Of a stretch of DNA of 61,100 bases, positions 39,099 through 49,292 are shown in pieces (position 1 is the first letter of the stretch; every line of letters begins with the position of its first letter). A program made the position numbers and the translations under genes. The DNA is from Amoebophrya sp. A120 (Eukaryota > Protista > Dinoflagellata): NCBI GenBank assembly GCA_905178155.1, contig CAJINV010000015.1, forward strand, positions 1,112,142-1,173,241. Direction: 5' to 3'. The notes under the pieces are model-generated. The model made no database searches. It worked only from the letters and a program-made list of their open reading frames with translations, and was not told where the DNA came from.

Positions 39099-40203
39099 TT
39101 TGGAGGAGGGGGGATGGAAGGAGTGCTAAAGAAGGTGGGGTCTACGCGAAAATAATCAAAAAGGTAGTTTACAAAACAAGTTTTGTACTTACGGGACAAC
39201 CAAAGTAGGGCTAAAGCGTATTTAGCAACAGGAGTTCTACATACTATTCGAAGTTTCTAAGTAGGTAGGAAGGTAGGTTGCTTGTGGTAGTGGTACTACA
39301 TACAAGGTTCGGATAAAAGACAACCTAAAACTTACTCGCCCTTTTCGTTGTCGCTGTCGCCTGTTGAGTGAACAAATTTAGGAAACTTACTTGGGGCCTG
39401 TTGGCAAACGACACATTGCGATGAAGGAGAAACAAGATCGGAAAGCTTCATGCGCGGGAAGATAGAAACTGTTCATTTTGCAGCTCATGTTACAGGAATA
39501 TGATCTGGGTCGGGGGTAAGGTGCAAGCTTTCTGCCGTTTTCGTTTTCCACACACACAGACACAGACACGCGATAATGAACTGCTGGCGTTTTTGATAAG
39601 TACTCTGCAACTGAAGATCTTCGCGTAGTTTTCACAACGACCCTGATCTGCTGCAACTCGAGATTCTTCAAAAGGAACGGCAAAAAGTGCTTACTTATGA
39701 AATTGTTTGCTCTACATAAGTTGTCCTACCCGCTACTCTTCCTTGATACAGATCCTCGTCATCTTTTTTCGCGTTCCTCCTTTGCAGTGCTGGAACACAG
39801 ATTGTGTGTGTGTGCTGTCTTTTCCTGTTCTGTAACAGGGTAGCAGAAATCTTTTTCGGACCTTAGATCAATCTGTCGTCCTTACAACTTTCCTTTGCGC
39901 GAATGAAATCTCTTGCTTCCGTAAGGTGGGCGAAAATCATCATCATGCCGACGTGTTTACCTTTTTCCTTTTCGCAACAGCAAAACTGCCTTGGCTGCGG
40001 GAAAGGGGGAACGTATCGTTCGAGAGGACGGTGGCGCGTCGATATTAAGTATTCGGTTTCCGAAGGATAAGAAGTACCAAATCTGTCATTCGATTTTGAA
40101 AATTTAGAATTGCAAAACTGTTTTTATTCTGCCCGATTCCAAATCCAAAATGTCTGGTACATTTATTCATCTAGTATTTCAAGATACAGCACTCCATGTG
40201 CTT

Positions 40204-43200
40204 CTAATCCTCTTCTTCCATCCGTCTGCGCCATAGTATGTCTTCCTCGTCCTCCCCCTCCCGGTCTTCCTCCGCGGCATCCGGGTCCACCCCTCTCGCC
40301 GCATATCCTGTGCAAAAGTATCGCACTCGTAGTAATTGCAGTCACGCATTACAAATTTTTTTCTAGAGGTAAATCCGCATTACAAATTTTATTTCTCATG
40401 CTGAGGGAGCAGTTTGTCATGCATGTATACGAGTACGAGGATAGACTTTTGCAATTCATACCGCAGCATCCGCGTGGATTTTTTCCAGCTCCGCAAAGTA
40501 GTCCCCGAGGTCCTGTGAATACTCGTACTTCCGGGCTTCGTACCTGTAGTAGAGTTTTCACACGTTATTTATGGAAGTAAGCTGCATTTGTACCAGAAAT
40601 AGTCTGCTTCAAGAACTTCTTGTACGACTCCTGGTGTAGTCTGCGCATTCATAAAGGCATTTTTGTATCAAAGGTAGTAGTAGAATCATGTGTACTAAAT
40701 CAATACTTCTTGCTCTTCAGAAAGCACTTGAGCATGAGGAGGTCCGCGAGGAGGGGTGCCAACGAGAGCAATGCTATCCCGGTGGAAATTTTGAATATGA
40801 TCGACGTCACCGAGATCTCCTCCCCCGTGCCCACGGTCCGAAAATAAAAACGCACCCCCTTCATCTTGAAGAGCCGCCGCTCGTTCGCCGTTGCTAGGGG
40901 GACCTTGTAGGTGAATTCGAACCCGATCGCGTTTTGGTCGAACAGAGAGTCCACGCGTTTCGCGGAAATTTTCGGCTTACAGTTTTCCGAGTTCACGGGG
41001 CAGGAGGGAAACTTTATCAGTACCTCGACCGCCGCACCAAGCTCGCTGATCTCTTCGTATCGGACCGGTGGCTGACTATGAACTGCAAAGGTCTCGTCCT
41101 CTCGCACTAGTAAAAACCAGCCATGCTCCGGCTGCCGCCGGAGCGCAAGGCTGTTGGGCCGGTGCAAGACTGTTTGCCGACCGGACCAGAACGCCACGGG
41201 CCTATGCACAACGAAACATACTGGATTCCTGCCGCCTGTTTGCGCCGCGCCAACCCGCAGGACCGCTTGCGCGCTTCCCGCGCCTGTGGGCGCTCTGCGC
41301 AGGGAGTAGCTGCAAAGAACATCGGGGGCGAACAGAAGCTGCCCGGCGGGAGAGGGTAGCGCGAGAGGGTTGCGCGAGAGGGTGGCGCGAGAGGGTGCGC
41401 GAGAGGGTGGCGCGAGAGGGTGGCGCGAGAGGGTGGCGCGAGAGGGTGGCGCGGAAAGGCGCCGAAAAAAACAAGGCCGCGAATGGCCTGCAGTGCCAAA
41501 TATGGGGAGCACCATGCGGATTCGCGCCCGCTTCTTTGTGTTTTTACCCTCTCGCAGACCATCTTTTTGGCCTCTTTTGGGGGTCCCCGCTAATAGTCCG
41601 GCTATACTCGCGGGTAGAGGTCGACAGAGGTGGCCGAGAGGTGGCCAAGAGGGCCCGCGAGAGGTCGCCCCTTATTCGCGCCACCTCTCTCCACCTCTGT
41701 CGACCTCCCGCGCCCCCTCTTTCTAACCTCTCTGCACCCTCTCAGGCGCTTAGGCGGCGCTTAAAGGTGAGCGCTTCGGCTGGCCTTATTCGCGCACCCT
41801 CTCGCCGACCCTCTCGAACGGGGTCCCGCGCCACCTCTCCACCTCTGTCGACCTCTTTTTTACCTCTTTTGCCCTCTTTTTTACCTCTCGGCCACCTCTT
41901 GTTTACCCTCTGTCTACCTCTTTTTTCGCATGAATATAATATATAGCAATTGCATGACAAATTCCCTCAGCACGACAAAAGCAATTTGTCATGCTGATTT
42001 GCCTTTGGGAACGAGTACGAGATTTGTAATGCATGACTTCAATTACAACTACGAGTACGATACTTTTGCACAGGATACTGACAGAGCAGAAGCAAATCCT
42101 CGACGGTGAACGTGTTTGCATCCTCTATCGCAAGAAAAAACTGCGTGACTGTGAGCTTGTGATGCAGAAAATGGAACACAGAACTTTTTGTCTTGCTACA
42201 CCTGCAAGAAGCCCTTGGGTTTTTAAACAGGTTTTCCCCTGGGAAGCGCGCATGGCAAATTTTCCGTGTCATGTGTAACGAACTTGTAATGCAGAACTTG
42301 CAAAATCAACATCACAATGAAACAGTTTTTTCGTGGATATCCTCTTTCGGGTAAACTATGATGTTCTCCAAGTCATTTGTGAAGATGCCTGATTTTTTCA
42401 AGTACTAGTATAATTTTACTACCATGTATTCCGCACATAGCAACGAAAGGCACAGAACTACCGCATGAGAAATTTAAATTCAAATTTGAATTTCCAATTT
42501 AAGCAAATAATTGTTGAAAAACGACCTATCATACGTTCCTTGTTCAGGTTCCAAAACTGCACGACGGACTTATAACTTGCTCAGGTGGTACAATCTCAAA
42601 CGTTACAATAGAGTCTGGAATTTGTGTTGCAAGAAGTGCATTATCTAGCGAACTCTCATAAGATTGCGCATGACAAGTTCTGGAGTCCGAGTCCGCACTA
42701 CAATCTGCCGAAATTTGCATTGCAGAAAGTGGAATGCTGTCCGAATCTGTCATGCTCATCATGCAATACAAAACCCAGATTCTCTTGTAACGTTTGAGAT
42801 TGTAAGGTTTGAGCAGGTCATAGGACTTGATCCACACCTGCAGCTTCGCGGTCGGCGTCTTATACGTTTCCACCTCATTGGTCAGCCCAGCGTCGATATC
42901 AAGTGCGAATATGTAGTCTGGGTCTGGAAGCAGGATGCAGACCACGTGTGATGCTGAGTCTGGAACAACAGACAAACATCTGAGCAACAGATGCGCAGCA
43001 TTTTTCGTTGCATGAGCGAGACCTTCCCAACAAATGAAAGCTTGTGGCGCAGCTCTTCTTTCAGACCACTCCCAGACATATTTGCCATTGATACTCGATG
43101 CTTGGACACCACCCGGGTTCGTTGCAAAACCCGTTTTCTGAGCAGGTGACTGCGCCGACGTCCTTGGCATATCAACTGCAAATATGTCTGAATCTGGAAG

Positions 43201-46200
43201 AGGACAAGTTTGTCATGCACATTTTCCGTGATGCACGAGGTCTATTATGCATGCCCTAGCATCACAGATTTTATGCAGTTACCGCAGACGGGCCACCCAA
43301 TGGATGGCCGCTCGGTGGGAGCAGTCCCCCACCGCGTCGTCGAGGCGGGGCAGTCCCCCACCGCGTCGCCGAGGCGCCTAGGGAGATGGAGCACCTGACC
43401 CGCGATGGAAGACATGGACCTCTGTCACACCCCGTAAGAAAAGGGCGGCGCGAGGTCTTAGCGGCCCATCCGTAGTAACGTAACCACCTTGAAACAACTG
43501 GGAGGGAGGGCGGGCGAAACAAATACCACCCCGAAATTCGGTGGGTTGTCCTGACTGATCTTCTCAAGTCCTGGCTACCGTACACTAAAGGGCTGAGGGC
43601 GGACACGGGCATAAAATACCGCCCGACCATCCTCAGCCTAGACTCACAGGCTCGCTAGCCTGCTGCTGCCCGGGCATACATTTTATGCAGTTACCGCAGA
43701 CGGGCCACCCAATGGATGGCCGCTCGGTGGGAGCAGTCCCCCACCGCGTCGTCGAGGCGCCTAGGGAGATGGAGCACCTGACCCACCGGCGGAGGCCGGA
43801 TACGCCGAAGCATCCCAAAGAACCCGCTGTGGCGCTTGCGGCCAGTAGATGAATTTGGGAAACCGGTGCGCCCCATCGATGAAGGCGTAGCAACGAACGA
43901 CGACGGGTTGAAAAGAGGCCCGATAGACTAAGACGCGGGCCTATCAGAAGGGTCCGCCAAATAGAACGAAAAACCGCGATCACCCAGGCTTAGCATAGCC
44001 CCATTACAAACCACTCGGAGTCTCGGTCTCACATAGCGATGGGAGGGGAAGTCCGGATATTTATCTCAAAACAGATCCAACGAAGTCCAGCGCTCTAGCC
44101 AGGGAGAAAGTTCGCAAGGGTAACGGGTTCGAACCGCCAGTGCCAAACGACCCCTCCTCCCATCGCAAAGCGAGACCGACCGCCGTTCCTTGTCCCGAGG
44201 ACAGAACGGCCAAACAACGCCACCGATCTCGCATAAATAGCTGGCAGCGAGACGCTTCCGACCTACGGAATCCAAAATTCCCGCACAACGAACCAGGCTA
44301 GACCTTCGGACAAGCGAAAGCCAGAACTTGCGAAAGGCGAAAGCCAAATTTCCCGACAAGCGGAAGCCCAAGTTTAAGTTTCCGAATTAGCAGGAGCCAC
44401 AATTTTCGACAAGCGGGAGCCAAATTTTCCGACAAGCGGAAAGCCAAAATATCCGACAAGCGAAGCCAAAATTTCCGACAAGCGGAAGCCAAATCATCCG
44501 CAAAGCGGGCCAAGCAATCATCCGCAAAGCGGGCCAAACAATCATCCGCAAAGCGGGCCAAACAATGATCCGCAAAGCGGGCCAATCATCCGCAGAGCGG
44601 GACTAACGATCATCCACAAAGCGGGACTAACGATCATCCGCAAAGCGGGACTAACGATCATCCGCAGAGCGGGACTAACGGTCATCCGCAAAGCGGGCCA
44701 AACGAGACATACTACCAACGGCAGGGGCGTTACTCCCTGGGAACAAGAGAAGGCGAACAAATACCACCCCGAAACTCGGTGGGTTGTCCTGACTGATCTT
44801 CTCAAGTCCTGGCTACCGTACACTAAAGGGCTGAGGGCGGACACGGGCATAAAATACCGCCCGACCATCCTCAGCCTAGACTCACAGGCTCGCTAGCCTG
44901 CTGCTGCCCGGGCATACATTTACTGAGCGCTTATCGAGGATGCGCGTCCTGACTTGACTTGAAGATGGTACGCCCGGCCGCGCAAGTTCCGCACTTCTGA
45001 TGGTGCAGCACAAGCACTGCCGCCAGTTCCGCACTTCTGATGGTGCGCGTCTGGTGTAGCAGCACAGTGCAGCAAGGACTTATGTTCTTAATTCTTATAC
45101 TCCTAACGGTGATTGCAGCACCAGGAGCCCGAGCCAGACAGAAGGTACTGAAACCCGGCAACGAGCCCTCTCTCACTCCGGGGAGGTGCGAGCCACCTCG
45201 TGACAGCCACAAGCGGCGCCACCTAAATGCGGGGACTATCTATTAGACGGACTACNTCGGTGGGTTGTCCTGACTGATCTTCTCAAGTCCTGGCTACCGT
45301 ACACTAAAGGGCTGAGGGCGGACACGGGCATAAAATACCGCCCGACCATCCTCAGCCTAGACTCACAGGCTCGCTAGCCTGCTGCTGCCCGGGCATACAT
45401 TTACTGAGCGCTTATCGAGGATGCGCGTCCTGACTTGACTTGAAGATGGTACGCCCGGCCGCGCAAGTTCCGCACTTCTGATGGTGCAGCACAAGCACTG
45501 CCGCCAGTTCCGCACTTCTGATGGTGCGCGTCTGGTGTAGCAGCACAGTGCAGCAAGGACTTATGTTCTTAATTCTTATACTCCTAACGGTGATTGCAGC
45601 ACCAGGAGCCCGAGCCAGACAGAAGGTACTGAAACCCGGCAACGAGCCCTCTCTCACTCCGGGGAGGTGCGAGCCACCTCGTGACAGCCACAAGCGGCGC
45701 CACCTAAATGCGGGGACTATCTATTAGACGGACTACCGCCAAAGGCCACGAAAGCTTGTTTAGAAGCCGAGCACGAGATGCGTTCTACCGCCTGGATTAG
45801 CAGACCAGACTCTAGGGGACTTAATGAAAGGCGTGCCGGATCAACTTCCGCAGACAAGCCTTCGGGCCTGTTGATCGCATAAGCTAAATTGTTAGAACTA
45901 ATTTTTTTCCTTCATCCGGGTAGAGCAATCACTTCGCCGGAACCTCCGCACGGCCGCGCCAAAAACTCCACAGTGGTGCTGATGAACAAGCGCGACACCA
46001 CCTCCACGGCACTGTCGCGTCCGCCCCCCCCCCCTGACAAACCCGCTGGCTAGGCGGAAAAAACAAAGCCCCTGCGAGTTCGCGGGATCCGCAGACTAGC
46101 GCTACAAAGGCTACAGCAGTAAGACAACAGGAACAGACTTAGAGGACGAAAGAAGAAAAGTAAAAGGGTAGAGACCTAAACCTACGGGGGCGCATGCCAA

Positions 46201-48188
46201 AGAGGGCAAAGGGAAGGGCAGAAGGAAGACATCAGACTTAGACGAAAAAAGCAAGATAAAAGGGTAGACTCTCAATCCTACAGGGGCGTATGCAAGAGGG
46301 GGCAGAGGGAAGATCAGACTTCGGCAACGGAATGAGAGGAGCGCACGAATTTGCGATCGGGCTCCTGGAAAGCAAAACACACGAACAGTGGCACAGACGT
46401 ACGAACCGACGCTCTGGTAGATAGGATAGCACGAGCAAAGAAAGCATCTACGAGAACAGCAAATACGGATACAAACAAAAGGACGGCCATCAGCCAAAGC
46501 CAAGCCGTGAGCATATAAAAGCAAACATACAAAGCAGCGAGCGAGTAACCAGAGGTCACATCGCTGTGCAGGTCTTTCGTAGTAATTTCTCGCAACATTT
46601 GAAGACGATTTTTTTTTTTGAATTTGAAGAGTGCGCGCCCCGCCCTTCGCGTACTTCTATTTTCGTTTCGCAGACTAAAAGAAAAGAAAAGTGGGAGGGT
46701 AAAACTAAAGGGAAAACTAAAGGGACGCGTACTTCTATTTCCATTTCGCAGACTAAAAGAGGAAGAAAACAAAAGGGAGGGTAAAAATAAAAGAGGAAAC
46801 GCTAACAATGTGTAAACTCCTTTGCTTATCTATTTACTTCGCTGCTGTAGACAAATGCCCGATCCGCGTAGTCAAATTTGACTGCTCTGGCTGCTCATGC
46901 AATACAGATTTTTTTATAGCATCCAAATGCAGCATCACAAGTTGCACTGTTCCAGACATCCAGGGATATTCGCAATGCATATGGCGCACACCTTCGCGAC
47001 GTCCTCCGGCCCACTGCATTTCTTCGAGCGGTCTTCGCAGGTCTCCCGTTTCTGGTCAATGGTCTCAATCTTCGTGGCGACGAACAAATTACCGTTTTCC
47101 AAGTTCGGGTAGGTCAACTCTTCGACAGAAAAGGACCGGGAATTTGGTTTTCCGTATCAAATGCAAAAATGTCTGGGTCTGGAACATTCTGACACTTGTC
47201 ATGCACGTTTTGCATGAGTCTTGATGTCTGTGATGCGTGCCCTAGCATCACAGATTTTTTCAGACCTTCTTGATGCCTATTCCGCATTACAAATGTCCTC
47301 CCCGCGTAGCAAAAATCGCATTCCCTTTGCTACTCATGCAATACAGATTTTTTTGCAATCCAAATGCAGCATCACAAGTCGCATTCTTCCAGACCCAGAC
47401 ATTTTTACATTTGATATTCCGGAACTGGTGACGACGACATCCCCCGCTTTGCTCACGGAAACGGAGGTGGACCCTTTATGGGGGTGACAGGATTGAAATC
47501 GTCAAAGTTGAACTGATTTGCCATGCATAAAACGCAATACAAAAAGTGACGCTATTGCAGAGGACGCACGGGAGGCAGATTATAGTCCTGGTAAGGGTCA
47601 AAAGTTGGACTGCTGACTAGCATGACAGAAGGCAGCTCTTTTGCCCTAAACCGCATGACAGACTCGCTTCCAGGACCGGGAAAATTTGTCACGCACCGAC
47701 TACAAACTGTAGGTCTAACTGGTATCCGTTTTATGCATGGCAAACTATTTCAACTTTGACGATTTTAAACCTGACACATCCATACCCTTTCGCGTACTCG
47801 TACTCGAGATATCCCTCGTCGTATAAGAACACAAACCCGCACTATGAGAATGCACAACTCCCCCCCTCATTTGTATGGCATGAACAGCAGTACAAACACC
47901 AGTACACGTGTATGCTGTGCATGACAAGTTTATGCACGTACTGTAGTGCTGTTTAGGCTTCCAGAATTTATTGTCATGCAAACAGGGCTACAACGCAGCA
48001 GCTGGATTTGGGATTTTGCATGACAAATGAGGGGGAGAGAAAGTTGTGCATATTCCTACGACCACGTACAAAACGATGAGAATCTGGAAGGTGATGTTTG
48101 CAATGCCAAGTTTCGCATCGGAGATTTTTACTTCTTGCTTAGTGGCGTAGGACAGCAGCCGGTCCACGTCCTGCTTGAGAAAGTCCAT
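40204..48188 (-). CDS. P2X receptor-like ATP-gated channel, 9 introners + 2 GT-AG introns
   Basis: SYATKQEVKISDAKLG, TM1 ILIVLYVV|GFVFLYDEGYL, LFVATKI, EPGWCP, RRLFKMKGVRF, TM2 ISTGIALLSLAPLLADLL, YEARK (YxxxK motif). Confidence 0.85.
40304..40460. mobile_element. Introner family B
   Basis: TSD CCGCA. Confidence 0.9.
41077..42077. mobile_element. Introner family B hosting Helitron-like element
   Basis: TSD CTGAC. Confidence 0.88.
41107..41949 (-). mobile_element. Non-autonomous Helitron-like element, copy 1
   Basis: Minus strand: hairpin GCTCCGGC-GGCA-GCCGGAGC then CTAG end, A^T site, no TSD; internal GCGCGAGAGGGTG repeats. Confidence 0.75.
42126..42339. mobile_element. Introner family F
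   Basis: TSD TCCTC. Confidence 0.9.
42571..42822. mobile_element. Introner family H-related
   Basis: TIR with TACAATCTCAAACGTTACAA, TSD GGACT. Confidence 0.9.
42897..43093. mobile_element. Introner family A, short
   Basis: TSD GTCGA/CTCGA. Confidence 0.8.
43271..44921. mobile_element. Non-coding element with split direct repeats (Ngaro/PAT-like layout)
   Basis: A1 43271-43401, B1 ~43517-43683, A2 43683-43784, B2 ~44755-44921; junctions at ATTT(T)A. Confidence 0.6.
44305..44705. repeat. Two adjacent minisatellites (~24-bp units)
   Basis: GACAAGCGGAAGCCAAAATTTCC units then ATCATCCGCAAAGCGGG(CCA/ACT)AAC units. Confidence 0.9.
47155..47416. mobile_element. Introner family A
   Basis: TSD TTCCG. 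Confidence 0.92.
47477..47784. mobile_element. Introner family I-related
   Basis: TIR ..AAATCGTCAAAGTTGAA, TSD CCCTT. Confidence 0.9.
47843..48058. mobile_element. Introner family E
   Basis: Right end CTA, TSD CGCAC/CGACC. Confidence 0.82.
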
Positions 48189-49292
48189 GACAGAATTTTA
48201 CTTATTTCTGTTGGGGGTTAGCAGGTGTTGCTTTTGCTTGCTGCTCTCTTCCTTGTACTCCTCTAGTTGAACGCTTGATGTCTCCCGCTCCGGTTCTTGA
48301 AGGGAGCAGCTAGGTCGTGCACAAGAGGAACGCGAAGGGGAAGCGCAGGTGGGTCATCTTGTTGCTTTAATCATTGGAGTTTAGAATCAGTTGAAATTGC
48401 TCTCCTGCGTCTTCTGACTGAGGAGAAGTCAGCGAAGAATTTGTTGCTCTCTGTCTTCACTCTCAGGATGCCACCGAAACAAAAGACAGGTGTGTGTGCG
48501 TGTGTCTCATTCCTGATGCTGATCCTGTTAGTTCCTGTCTTGCATTAGCGGCCATGCCACTACAGGCGACTCCCTTGCCCTTCGCAAGATTAATTTCTGC
48601 TGCCGCTCGTCTTCCTCTTCGCTCGTGCGTCTAATTTGTTCGAGCCTGGGCATCTTGGTAAAAGATGCTTCTGCAACACAAGAAAAACTGGGGCTGTCTG
48701 TAGAACACAAGTGGCGGCCCAACTGTAAGTGGACCAAAAATTAGGCTGCAAGGTTACTTGCATTTCTGTCGATTCATATACACAGATGCAAATCAATTCA
48801 ATGATACAATCACAGATAATTCCGAGAAGAAACAAGACATACTGTACAAACGTTAAATTACCTGCATTTTTCCAAGGCTCGGAAGCCTTGCGTGTACAGC
48901 AACTGCCGCACTAGCTACGCTCGTGGCTACGGTTCTAAAACATTGCGCTGTGAAATGCTACAAAACAAATGAAACTTCCGATTGTCTTAACGATCGACAA
49001 ATGCTACAAAACAAATGAAATTCATTCTCGCGTGGTCTGATGCTAGTGTTACAGAAACTTAAAGTGGATGTAGTTGTGACATTGCTACAGCTATCATACA
49101 TTGGAAAAAAACTTCTTCTTCGAAACTTTTTCGATTCACAAGAAACCGAATGAACTGTCGTGACGCGTTTCTCGCTCGACGTCACGTGTAAAATGCTACA
49201 AAACAAATGAAATTTTTCAAGAAAAAACTGCTCTCTTCGCTAGCAACAAGTGTGATGTAGGTGCTTACTCTCCCACTGACAAATAACCCCTC

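Larger units (their letters stand above)
43170..46981. mobile_element. Introner family A expanded to 3.8 kb by nested insertions
   Basis: TSD TGGCA/TGGCG; P2X frame restored across it. Confidence 0.85.

Noticed and set aside
44305-44705. Short repeats resembling a CRISPR array
   Set aside because: No unique spacers, no cas genes and a eukaryotic context; they are minisatellites
44776-45736. Apparently exact ~480-bp tandem duplication (also gives duplicate ORFs)
   Set aside because: The copies abut a single N at 45256, typical of an unmerged contig overlap
48953-49212. Three copies of AAATGCTACAAAACAAATGAAA
   Set aside because: Small AT-rich local repeat with no further structure
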